Assembly (NCBI RefSeq): GCF_028641065.1
Contig: NC_073402.1
Coordinates: 10,974,001-11,038,000, forward strand
DNA length: 64,000 nt
DNA from: Leucoraja erinacea
Lineage: Eukaryota
Reading direction: 5' to 3'
Within the stretch, counting starts at the first letter, position 1; the number at the start of each line of letters is the position of its first letter. Shown piece by piece: positions 1-11,899 of the stretch. Both the position numbers and the translations under genes were made by a program. The notes beneath the pieces were generated by a model. It saw only the letters and a program-made list of their open reading frames with translations. It searched no databases and was not told the origin of the DNA.

Positions 1-375
1 GAGTTGTAGGTGGTTAATAAAATATGTTGTATCTTTAAATGTGTTTGAGTCATAGCAGTTACATGGTGTCAGATAGTGGCTCAGACTCACTCCGCTAGAT
101 TTATCAGGTTTTATTTTGTTTTATTAGTTGTTATCAAGGCTAATTTTTGCCACAGGCTGAGTGCCTTGATCTTTGATTCCAACATTGCCGAGCGCTGGCG
201 TCTATTCAGACTACATTCATTATATCCGTATCGTTCATCGCAATGACCCAGCTGACGCGAAAACATCACTTCTGCTTAACCTCGCAGGTCCTGAGGCAAT
301 GAACCGTGCTGACAACTTTGTTTTTGCTTCTGCTGTTCTGGACGCACAAGGGCAGGTCCAGGTTCCTAACTGTTC
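1..375 (+). mobile_element. Gypsy LTR retrotransposon fragment: end of 5' LTR, PBS and start of gag (truncated)
   Basis: AATAAA, then LTR end ...GTTACA (63) followed by TGGTGTCAGA (Leu-type PBS, same as 27009). Peptide IAERW...SLLLNLAGPEA resembles the gag at 27085 (LAERW...SILLNLAGTDA). Confidence 0.75.
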
Positions 376-1623
376 ATCACAAAAAAACACCCTCCACCAT
401 CAGCCTCTGTCTCCTGGCTTAACCCTGCAGTTAGTTTTGGATCAAGGTACCAAATCTGCTGTCCTCCAGCCCTCAAGTGCCTTTCATGTGGCCAGGGAAG
501 ATTTAATAATCATTCAGAGTTCCAGCAACCTCCTGCCTTGCTTACCATAGCAGCTCAGAACATAGTTAATCAGGCCCTGAGGATTTCTCCATCTTTAAAC
601 CTAATATCTAATACGTACTCCTCCTTGAATCCTCCAGCTAGCAGGTTTTATTCCTCAGTGATATTGATGAGAAATATTCATTTAGGATCTCACATATCCT
701 CTGATTAGCAGTAGTTTCACTTACTTGGTATCCTTCCTTCAATTTTACTTCAAAAGAAGAATAAATAACAAATGAAGGATACACATCTACACTGAAGCCA
801 GCTCACTTGCTCTTTTTGGATTCACCTAAGAGGGAAATATCAGCTCTGTTTTAATACCTCATCTGAACGACAATCTGTGCTTTAACATAGCAAAAATGTA
901 TTCTATAAAACTGTCAATCACCAGAATATTAACACAAAGTTATATGTAGTATGTAAATTAAATACTGTACGATTACATTATGCAGTCAGGTTACTTTAGG
1001 GAGCATAAATTTATACCTTATTACTTTTAGGGGAGACAGTGCTATCATTAAACCTTAATGACCCTCTACGAAAGTCGTCTTCTAAGTAATTTATTTATGG
1101 GTCCTCAAAATAGTGAGAGGACTTACCTTGTTCAACCTTTCACTTCTCCTGCACTGTTTAAAAATAGTAAGATTAAACGAGAACTTACCAGTTTGAAGTT
1201 TGATCTTTATTTTATGAGGAGTTACGTTGAGGGATTACGTGAAGAAGACCCAGTCCAGCCGCATGCGCGTCAATCTTCAAAGCAGCGGTGTGAAATCACA
1301 GATAACAGTAATTGAAGTATAATAGTAAGACCAGAAACCTAGAACTACCAGATGATCTTTGTGAGAGAGAGTTGGGAGCGGAGGGCACGTAATCCCTCAA
1401 CGTAACTCCACATAAAATAAAGATCAAACTTCAAACTGGTAAGTTCTCGTTTAATCTTACTATTTTACTTCGGAGTCACGTGAGTGACTACGTGAAGATT
1501 TCAAAGCTCTGTGATTTCATGCCGTGAGAAACGAGTCTGCACAACCACAACTGCTTCCTTGACAGACGAGGGAAACATTCATAATGCTTACAGACATGAC
1601 ATAGACTTAAACATGCTGATGCT

Positions 1624-2190
1624 GGAGGGGCGCTAGTGAGCACCGCATGGAGTAGACATGCTTCCAGAGGCTCCTCCATGCCAGTCTTTATATTCTGTAT
1701 TTTTATAGTCTCACATCTTATTTCACCTGCCTCAGGAATTTTCCTGACACAGTGGGGGTCCGGCTAACTGATTTTTCGGGACGTCATGCCTCACAAGAAA
1801 TCTAAAGACACCTAGTCGCTCCGACTTGCTTCAGCTAATGTTAATGCTAGCAATGCTAGCGGCAGCTCTCCCAGTCGAGCTCGTGGTCAAGCTACAGGTG
1901 GTGGCGACGTCGATGATCTGCCGCTGATCTGGGAGAAGGTCTCCGACAAGATACTCAAACACATTAATGACAGGTTTGATAAGTTGGAGCAGACTCTTCA
2001 GGCGGTACAAAGCTCCCAAAAGGAACTGTTGGAGAAGGTAGAGTCTATTGAGGAGCAGGAAAGCCGTATTAGTTCCCTGGAAATGTCATTCTCCGGCCTA
2101 AAGGATGAGAACAGCGTACTCAAGCTCAAGGTGGAGGACCTCGAGGGTCGGTCACGCCGCCATAATATTAAAATTATCGGCATACCTGAG
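1624..2190 (+). mobile_element. 5' fragment of an L1-like LINE (5'UTR plus ORF1 N-half) inside the DIRS
   Basis: GC-rich start GGAGGGGCGCTAG...ATGGAGTAG resembles the L1 head at 2769. Coiled coil followed by EDLEGRSRRHNIKIIGIPE, typical of L1 ORF1 (Transposase_22). Confidence 0.75.
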
Positions 2191-2359
2191 CTAGTCCGAA
2201 CCTGTCTTGAAAGACGATCCTGGCCATAATACTGAGCCTACCTCATAATTCTGATGGAACATTTCCCTTAGGATGGCAAACCTTGCTGCCAGGAATGGTA
2301 CCTCTGACACGTGCCCTTCATCCCTTGGGGTATGCTTCATGGCTATACCCTCAGATTTA

Positions 2360-2685
2360 GCGTCAGAATTATACTGACTCGGCATGCTCTCCTCCTCCAA
2401 GAGGGAGACATGAAGCAGCCCTGTCCGTTGCGCGGGCTCTCCCATAGGCCGGCGCTGCCACAGACTTGGCATCAGAATTACACTGACCCGACATGCTCTT
2501 CTCCTCCAAGAGGGAGACATGAAGCAGCCCTGTCCCTGGCGCGGGCTCTCCCATAGGCCGGCGCTGCCACAGACTCGGCATCAAAATTACACTGACCCGA
2601 CATGCTCTTCTCCAAGAGGGAGACATTAAGGAGCCCTATCCCAGACGATGCTGGCACGGGCTCTCCCATTAACCGCCGCTGACAC
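2360..2685. repeat. ~120-bp tandem repeat (about 3 units) in the DIRS gag region
   Basis: Recurring CATGCTCTTCTCC..CCAAGAGGGAGACATGAAGCAGCCCTGTCC..GCGGGCTCTCCCATAGGCCGGCGCTGCCACAGAC. Confidence 0.85.
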
Positions 2686-3284
2686 AACTCCTGCTGTTGG
2701 AGTGTATATAGGTAGAGCATCCTCTCCATTAGGATCTCCATCCTGGACAATCAAAAATATATTATTATGACTTCCGGTGGCGCTATGGAGTAGGAGAGAC
2801 TCGCGCCAACTAGCTCCGTGAAAAAAAACGAAAAAACGGGGGGAAAAGACAGATCCTACCTGCAGAAAACGGCACCGATTGTTTTGCAGTAGGCCCGTGA
2901 CATCATCAGGCGCGCGGCACCGGCAGTATGTCGACTCAGCATACTCCCCCTCCCAAGACAAAAACCGGCAAGATTAAAGAGGTAGGCCCAACTGAAGCCT
3001 CGGCCTCAGGTTTAACAGCATCCCGAGAAGACATCTCAAAGAAGAAGAAAAAGACTGAGATAGAAGAATTAAAAACGTTTCTTACACAGGAATCTCTAAT
3101 TTAATGGAGGAACTTAAAAATCTTAGACTGAATTTTAAAGAAGAGCTGACATCTTTTAAAAAATAAATTAAAGAACAAATTAAAGAAGATGTTACAGAGA
3201 TGGTACACAAAGTCCTGGAAGACTGGAAATTAGATATGGAAAGAAATTTGACTCAATGTTGAAGAAGTAAATGAAAAACTGAAT

Positions 3285-3956
3285 ATGATGGAATCCAGAT
3301 TTGATTCTAAACTTGAACCTATCTTCCAGATATTAAACCAACACCACAAGATTGTAAAAGAACTTGAGGAATTTGCTGAGACAAGTACCGCAACTACAAA
3401 ACAACTCATCACCGAGAACCAACGCCTATCAAAGTTATTGCGTCAAATAACCGAAAAATGTACAGACTTGGAGGGACAACAGAGGCATCAGAACTTAAGA
3501 ATCGTGGGCATCCAGGAAGGCAGAGAGGGGACTCGTGAATTTGCTGCAGATGTACTGAAAACAATTTTGAACCTGAACCAGGCGCCATTACTTGCCCGAG
3601 CGCACAGAGTGCCGAGACGTCCCCCAAAGGTGGGCGACCATCCAAGAATAATGATAGTAAAGGTCCAATATGACCATGTATTGGATGACATGATGAGGAA
3701 ATTTGGCAAAAGCAGAAATCTTGTATATGAAGGAGACAAGATTAGCGTAGTCAGAGATTATCCTGTGGAAGTTGCTAAGAAAAGGGCATTGTTCACAGAA
3801 ACAAGAAGAATAATGAAGAACATAAAGAATCTGAGATATGGACTGTTATACCCCGCAACACTAAGAGTTAGTTACGAGAAGAAGGAATACTTCTTCATCA
3901 AGCACATGGAAGCATTGGAATTTGACAAGAACATCGAGGACAAGATCGAAGATTGA
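3285..3956 (+). CDS. L1 ORF1p (Transposase_22-like); N-terminal part frameshifted upstream
   Basis: DLEGQQRHQNLRIVGIQEG, ARAHRV, PRIMIVK, YGLLYPATLRV motifs. Confidence 0.85.
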   Translation: MMESRFDSKLEPIFQILNQHHKIVKELEEFAETSTATTKQLITENQRLSKLLRQITEKCTDLEGQQRHQNLRIVGIQEGREGTREFAADVLKTILNLNQAPLLARAHRVPRRPPKVGDHPRIMIVKVQYDHVLDDMMRKFGKSRNLVYEGDKISVVRDYPVEVAKKRALFTETRRIMKNIKNLRYGLLYPATLRVSYEKKEYFFIKHMEALEFDKNIEDKIED

Positions 3957-4751
3957 AAAATATTGAAAATTATTCAACACTCAACACCTACCTGGATACT
4001 GCTATCTCACAGAGAAGATATGGAACTCTAAACTTTAAACTATTATATTTAAGAGTTGCCTAAAATTCGCAATAAGAATTGGGTAAATATCCTGCAACGG
4101 ATATATAATACTTACATACTAACTTCTAACAACTATTAACAATCAAGAATACTAACTAACACTAACTATTGATAATAAGATTATTCAGATTATTTAAGAA
4201 TTAACTAAAAGTATGAAATAAGTAAAGTGTGATTCAGGTATTTTATAATGAAAAATGTATGGTGGCTCTCTCTCTGATGTTTTTGTTTTTGATTATTCTT
4301 TGATAAATGGTTATATTATACAAAACTATACATTTCAATTTGAGACTACTAATTATATAATTAATGGAATATAATCATTATTTCTTTCCCCCCCACAAAT
4401 TGTTTGCATCGAATTGGAAACTTTCCTTTCAAGGAAAGTACGGAGCTAGTATTTTTATTAACCAAAAGCTACGGAAGTCCATAGATGCTTAGCCACATTA
4501 GGGTGGCTATCACTAACTGCACTAATTGTAGTTGTAGTTGCTTTTCTTTTTTACTTTCCACACTTTACTAACCCAATTTGCTATTACTTTTTTTTATCAT
4601 ATATTATATTTTGTACTTGGAATGGAATTGCATATTTTATTTAAGGAGATATGTTTAGATGGAAAACAGATGTGACCTAAAATTCATCTACCTGATGTTC
4701 GAGTACAAGGTAGGGTTTAATGTGCTGAATCAACTACCATTTAATCACAAG

Positions 4752-7700
4752 ATGCAAGACATGAATATAAAAATTGGGGGTGAGGGAATTAAATTCTGTA
4801 GTTGGAATGTTAAGGGAATTAATGAATCTATCAAGAGAGGCAAAGTGTTAGCTCATTTAAAATCATTGAAAACAGATATAATATTTCTCCAAGAGACACA
4901 TCTTAAAAAGGAAGCACAACACAGATTGAAAGCAAAATGGATTGCTAAAGCGTACCACTCTTCATTCTCACATAAATCTAGAGGTGTTGCAATATTAATT
5001 CGTAAAGGTATAGCCTTTAAACATATATCAACGATAGAAGACATTGAAGGCAGATATATTGTAATAATAGGGGAGTTATACTCAAAAAAGGTGACTCTCC
5101 TCAATGTGTATGGACCAAATGTTGATAGCCCTTTGTTTTTTAAGAGAATTCTTTACAATATCCCGGAATGTACACAACAAAACTTAATAATCGGTGGAGA
5201 TTTAAATTGTACATTGGATGCTTGTTTGGATAGATCATCAACTCAAAGAAAACTAAAATCTCGATCAAGTGAATTTTTAAATTCATACATTAATACCACT
5301 AATATTAAGGACGTTTGGAGAATTGAAAATCCATCGGGCCGAGAATATTCATTTTACCAGTACACAAAACTTACTCAAGGATAGACTATTTTTTAGTAGA
5401 TTCAAAACTTATCCCATTTACCTATAACTGGCAATATCATATCATAATCTCAGACCACGCTCCATTAACATTTATGATCAAACTAAACGGAATGGTAGAG
5501 ACACAGTCACAATGGAGATTTAATCCCCAAATCTTAAAAGATAAGTTATGTAATGAATACCTAGTAAAACAGATTTAAATGTTTTTTGAGGCTAACGATA
5601 GCCCTGAAATCTCTGCTTCCCTTCTTTGGGAAACATTTAAAGCATTTGTACGAGGAACATTAATTTCTTCCCAATCATTTTTTAATAAAGAGAATAGGGC
5701 CAAACAACAGAAACTGGAAATGGAAATAAAGCAATTAGACACAGAAAATGCAGCAGCACCATCCACAATAAAACACAATAAAATTGCAGTACTGAAATAT
5801 AAATTAAACAAGATATATTCAGACCAAGTTATAAAACTTTATCAACATACAAAACAATTAAATTTTGAATTTGGTGATAAACCACAAAAACTATTAGCGC
5901 GTCAACTTCGCAAATTGGATGGGGAAAAAACAATATACAAAATTAGAACAGACAAGGGAAAAACATTTACGAAAGGTAAATCATGTCTGACGAATCTTAT
6001 AGAATTTTTCGAGGATGTAACTAGTAGCGTGGATAGGGGAGAACCAGTGGATGTGGTGTATCTGGACTTCCAGAAGGATTTCGACAAGGTCCCACATAAG
6101 AGATTAGTATACAAACTTAAAGTACACGGCATTGGGGGTTCAGTATTGATGTGGATAGAGAACTGGCTGGCAAACAGGAAGCAAAGAGTAGGAGTAAACG
6201 GGTCCTTTTCACAATGGCAGGCAGTGACTAGTGGGGTACCACAAGGCTCAGTGCTGGGACCCCAACTATTTACAATATATATTAATGATCTGGATGAGGG
6301 AATTGAAGGCAATATCTCCAAGATTGCGGATGACACTAAGCTGGGGGGCAGTGTTAGCTGTGAGGAGGATGCTAGGAGACTGCAAGGTGACTTGGATAGG
6401 CTGGGTGAGTGGGCAAATGTTTGGCAGATGCAGTATAATGTGGATAAATGTGAGGTTATCCATTTTGGTGGCAAAAACAGGAAAGCAGACTATTATTTAA
6501 ATGGTGGCCGACTAGGAAAAGGGGAGATGCAGCGAGACCTGGGTGTCATGGTACACCAGTCATTGAAGGTAGGCATGCAGGTGCAGCAGGCAGTGAAGAA
6601 AGCGAATGGTATGTTGGCTTTCATAGCAAAAGGATTTGAGTATAGGAGCAGGGAGGTTCTACTGCAGTTGTACAGGGTCTTGGTGAGACCACACCTGGAG
6701 TATTGCGTACAATTTTGGTCTCCAAATCTGAGGAAGGACATTATTGCCATAGAGGGAGTGCAAAGAAGGTTCACCAGACTGATTCCTGGGATGTCAGGAC
6801 TGTCTTATGAAGAAAGACTGGATAGACTTGGTTTATACTCTCTAGAATTTAGGAGATTGAGAGGGGATCTTATAGAAACTTACAAAATTCTTAAGGGGTT
6901 GGACAGGCTAGATGCAGGAAGATTTCTCCCGATGTTGGGGAAGTCCAGGACAAGGGGTCACAGCTTAAGGATAATGGGGGAAATCCTTTAAAACCGAGAT
7001 GAGAAGAACTTTTTTCACAAAGAGAGTGGTGAATCTCTGGAACTCTCTGCCGCAGAGGGTAGTCGAGGCCAGTCCATTGGCTATATTTAAGAGGGAGTTA
7101 GATGTGGCCCTCGTGGCTAAGGGGATCAGAGGGTATGGAGAGAAGGCAGGTACGGGATACTGAGTTGGATGATCAGTCATGATGATATCGAATGGCGGTG
7201 CAGGCTTGAAGGGCCGAATGGCCTACTCCTGCACCTAATTTCTATGTTTCTATTAACATTGCCTAAAGATATTAATGATAGATTTCTACAATATTACCAA
7301 AAATTGTATGCATCTAAAATAACAGAACAATCAACGGGAATGGAAACATTTTTACAGAATTGTAAGCTTGCGGGTCTAGATCAGAAAGAGAGAGAATTGC
7401 TAGGGGCTGAAAATACGATAAAATACATTGAAGAGTCAATCAAATCTTTAAAAAACGGAAAGTCTGCAGGCCCCGATGGTCTAAATTCTGAATTTTATAA
7501 AAAAATGTATGATTTGCTTTCCCCACGCCTACAGACAATGTACAAATACGCTTGTACTCAACAGAAACTCCCAGAAACTCTAAATAAATCTACAATCATA
7601 CTCATACCAAAAACGGACAAGGATCTTGAAGACCCAGGTTCATACAGAGCTATAGCCCTCTTAAATACTGATCAGAAAATATTAACTAAAATTTTATCTA

Positions 7701-9813
7701 ATAGATTGAGCTTAGTGATCAGCAAATTAATACATCCCGACCAAACAGGGTTTATCCCCAAACGGTATTCATTTAATAATCTGAGAAGATTAGTTAATAT
7801 TATATACTCCAATAGAATCCCTAATGCAGATCTAGCAATTATCTCGTTAGATGCTGAAAAAGCATTTGACCAGGTAGAATGGCCATATTTATTTTCGGTG
7901 ATGGAAAAATTTCAACTAGGAGAGAAATACTGTACATGGGTTAAATTGATATATTCTAATCCAACAGCTAGAATATTAACAAACAAAATGTTATCAACTA
8001 AATTTAATCTATCTAGAGGCTGTAGACAAGGATGTTCACTATCCCCACTATTATTTGCTCTTGCAATCGAACCCCTAGCAGAAAGCGTTAGAAACCATCC
8101 AGGAATATTTGGATACAATACTAGAGACACAAGGAATAAAATCTCCTTATATGCAGATGATGTACTAATATATATTACAAAGTTAGAAACTAGTATTACA
8201 AACCTATTAAATCTAATAACTCAATTTGGTCAGTTTTCGGGATATAGAATTATTTGGAATAAAAGCGAAATCATGCCAATTACAAAATTCAATTTACATA
8301 CAATACAACAATCCCCTTTTAAAATAGTTAAAGATAAATTTAAATACTTAGGAATCTATGTAACTAAGACATATCTCTTTATTTAAACTAAATTTCCCAC
8401 CCTTACTGAATAATCTACATAAGAATATTCAATACTGGAAAACACTCCCCATTTCTATGCTTGGGAGAATTAATGCTATAAAAATGATTTTTTTACCGCA
8501 ACTGCTGTACCTACTTCAATTAATTCCGATATATATCCCAAAAACTTTTTTCAAAAAAGTCAACTCCATTGTTACAAGTTTTGTCTGGGATTATAAGAAT
8601 CATAGAATAAGTAAAAAACATTTATGTAAGTCAAAGATAAATGGAGGTTTGGCTTTGCCAAATTTCTTATTTTATTTTTGGGCAGTCCATATTAAAAACA
8701 TGAATTTCTGGCTGGAAGAAATGGATCAACAACCAGATTGGTTATTGATGGAAAAGGAAGACTGTCCTTTTGAAATTGGACCAATCATATTTGCCCCCAC
8801 AAAACTGCACAAAAAAACCTATAAAGAAAACCCCATAATACATAGTGGAATACGAATTTGGAAACAAATAAAAAAAGATTTAAAATTGAATAATATACCA
8901 CTATGCCTTCCCATTGTAAATAATCCTTTATTCAAATCATCCTTTATGGCCAAAGGTTTCACACAATGGAAAAATTATGGAATCAAAAATATAGGACATC
9001 TTTATGGGAAAGGCACTTTTCTTTCATTTCAAGAGTTACAACAGAATTATGGACTGCACTCAAATAATTTCTTCAGATATCTACAAATTAGAAATTATGT
9101 TAAATCTAATACACAAGTCTACAGGAGTAGGGAATCAGACATTCTTGATGAATGTTTGAACAAGCATCCTAATACTGAAAAACTAATAGCTTATATTTAT
9201 AACATCCTACTAAACAATGAGGTACCACCGACTGAACCATATAGATACAAATGGGAAAATGAAATAGGTCACTCTATAACGAAAGATATGTGGGACGAAA
9301 GTTTACAACAAATACATCAATGTTCATTAAATTCCAGACATACTTTAATACAATTCAAGGTCTTACATAGACTACACTGCTCTAAAATAAAACTAAATAG
9401 AATCTTCCCACAAATCTCTCCTATTTGTGATAAATGTCTACATCTAGAGGCTAATTTAACACACACGTTTGCAAACTATAAAACTTAAACATTTCTGGAC
9501 TGATATTTTTGAAATAACTTCAGAAGCTATTAATCCAAAACTGGACCCAGACACAAAATTAATAACACTTGGAATATCAGAGCAAAATTTAACACTCACA
9601 ACAAACCAATGAAATTTCCTCAACTACAGTATAATAATCGGGAAAAAATTAATATTAAAATTTTGGAAAGGCCCTGCAACCCCCACAATTAAAATGTGGA
9701 TTACGGAAATGTCGGAGACCCTATACTTAGAAAGAATTAGACTTGTCTTAATGGACAAACAAGATATTTTCGATAAAATCTGGGCTCCATTCATTAACTA
9801 TCTGAAGGGTTAG
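4752..9813 (+). pseudogene. L1 ORF2 (APE endonuclease, RT, Cys-rich end), disrupted by frameshifts and a CR1 insertion
   Basis: SWNVKG, FLQETH, GGDLN, SDHAP (APE); GPDG, SLDAEKAFDQV, RQGCSLSPLLF, YADD (RT); CDKC..H. Confidence 0.9.
5966..7253 (+). mobile_element. 5'-truncated CR1 LINE inserted in L1 ORF2
   Basis: KGKSCLTNL, YLDFQKDFDKVPH, GVPQGSVLGP, ADD, RPHLEYC; 3' tail TTCTATGTTTCTAT. Removing it restores the L1 frame GKT-LLTLPKDIN. Confidence 0.93.
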
Positions 9814-11649
9814 ATTGGCATGAGGACCCAACTGAAACTTGAACTCAGGATCAGATGAAAAGCTATATTTTATAATCTACGAACCTATCTCCATTGACGT
9901 ATTACTGGTAATCCATTCCACCTCCTTTGTTTTTCTGGGGTTTTTTTGTTCTTTTTATTTGTATCTTTCTACCCTCTTTTTCTCTTTCTATAAAAAAAAT
10001 AAAAACACTAGAAGCAGAAGTAATTGATAATTGAAAATTTTAATAATGTATGACTGATGTATATGAAAAGTCGTTTTACTATAATATGTAACTATACTTT
10101 ATAATATGTCTACTTCTAATAAAAATATTTTTAAAAAAATATATATATATATACATATATTATTATTACCGGAGGGGACCCTCCCACCCCAACTCGTCCG
10201 AGTCCCTAGGGCTGACCGATTTATTATTGGTTTTACCCCATGTCCTGGGACCCACTGCGGTCTGGGAGCCGCTGACCGCACTGTCAGCGACTCTGGTGGT
10301 GATGCCGCGTTCCTCCTGGATTTACCCCTCCACGGGAACAACAGCGGACTCCCCTCCTCTCTGGAAGCCACTGACCGCATTGTTAGTGACTGGGATCGCG
10401 AACTAGACTTACGCCGGCTACCCACGCTCCGCGGTCAGAACCGGGGTCTCCCCACAGCCCATAGCCGGTTTCCCTCGCCGGGCTTCGCGACAAATCCAGC
10501 AGGAAACCTTTGTAAAAAGAGGTTCCTGCAAAAAACAGAACCTGGTAAGAAAATACAAAACTTACTTGAAGGTTTAAACTTACCGCTGGAGGAGCGCTGC
10601 ACTTCCGAACCGGTCGCTGCGCCATGCGACTGACGTAATGACACGCATGCGGCTGGACGGGGTCTTCTTCACGTAGTCACTAACGTGACTCCGAAGTAAA
10701 ATTGAATAGGAGCACAGTTACACAGTAGGCTGTAAATCTCTTTAAGGCACCTTTGTTATTCAATAAGAAAATGATCTGATGTTTGGCCTGAATCTATTTT
10801 CCAGCTCAATCTTTAATTCTCTGCAGTCCAAATATTTATTTATCTCAGCCTGGAATGGATTTAGTGACTTAACATCTAATGCTCCGAGGAAAATAATTCA
10901 AATTATTCACAACATCAGAGAGAAGAAGTGCCAACTAATCTTAGCTGACTCTATGCCCCTAATTTTCAAAGAGATTTCATAGAGACAGTCATTCAGACTG
11001 AAACAGCCTCTTCAGCCCAGTGAGATTGCATCAACTATCAAACGCACATCCATACATGTGGGATGCAGGGAATGATGGAATTCCAAACATGAGGTGGCTA
11101 TTTGTCTCATTAAGTCTATGCAGGCTGCTAGTGCAATCTAGTCATGCCATTCCCACAGCCGGTCTTCACAGTCCTGTAAATTATTCTCTTAAATGCCTAT
11201 ACAATTTCCTTTTGAAGAAAGTGATTGATTTGTTTCCTCCACCATGACAGGCAGCGAGTTCCCCAGATCATTACTACACATAATAGTTTCTCAGATCAGC
11301 CTTTACCTTTAGCCCAAAATATTAAAACTGCATTTCTTGTTCTGGAATGATACTAGTCGTGATAGTGCACATCTCCAGGAAATAGGCGAATCAGGATCAT
11401 CGAATGATTAGAACAGCAAATTAGGTCATTTGGGACATCATATTTGTGCTGCATCAACCAACCATCTCACTTCATTAGTTCTAGTGCTGACCTCTTTCGT
11501 CCTGCAGATTTTTCATCGCGACATGCAGTGTGGAAACTAGGCCCTTTTGCCACCGATTCTACAGAAACTTTCAGATAGCCATTATCAGTAATCGTACAAT
11601 AGTTTCATTTTGTTTTTCCCCACATTCCCATCAACTACACCCTTCTCCC

Positions 11650-11870
11650 AAATTCTACCAGTCACATAGAAATCAAGGACAATTCACAGTGCCCAATTAA
11701 TCTACCAACCTGCACATCTTTTGCATATTTGAAGAATTCAGAGCTCTCTGCGAAAACCCATGGGATCATGGGAATAACGTAAGACCTCCACAAAAACAGC
11801 ATCAAAGATTGATTTGGATCCAGGTCATTGGAGCTGTAAGGCAGCAGTTTTACTGTGTCATTGTGCACCC
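11650..11870 (-). mobile_element. Old tRNA-derived V-SINE/HE1-like SINE
   Basis: Minus strand reads ACTGCTGCCTTACAGCTCC...GTGGAG...TGGGTTTTC...AAAGATGTGCAGGTTGGTAGATTAATTGG, resembling the V-SINE core. Confidence 0.6.
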
Positions 11871-11899
11871 AAAGTCTCATCTTCCATCATGGGACACAT

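Larger units (their letters stand above)
2769..10154 (+). mobile_element. Near full-length L1-clade LINE, frameshifted and interrupted by CR1
   Basis: Head GACTTCCGGTGGCG; ORF1; ORF2 with APE, RT and C-terminal Cys motif; AATAAA at 10118 and A/AT tail; 12-bp TSD ATATATTATTAT at 2757-2768 and 10155-10166. Confidence 0.93.
1161..10701 (-). mobile_element. DIRS1-type tyrosine-recombinase retrotransposon, internally deleted, with nested L1 and CR1
   Basis: Inverted terminal repeats at 1236-1272 and 10639-10675. Internal complementary region 1387-1498 is the reverse complement of both termini (1161-1240 and 10670-10701). Termini nearly identical to the coding DIRS at 51002-55095. No RT or YR remains. 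Confidence 0.9.

Noticed and set aside
725-747. 23-nt minus-strand AG/GT-bounded segment
   Set aside because: Motif-only evidence; phase incompatible with the neighbouring candidate (would start with TAA).
10760-10900. Minus-strand open stretch that looked like a host exon
   Set aside because: KSLNPFQAEINKYLD resembles the CR1 ORF2 C-terminus, so it is a decayed LINE.
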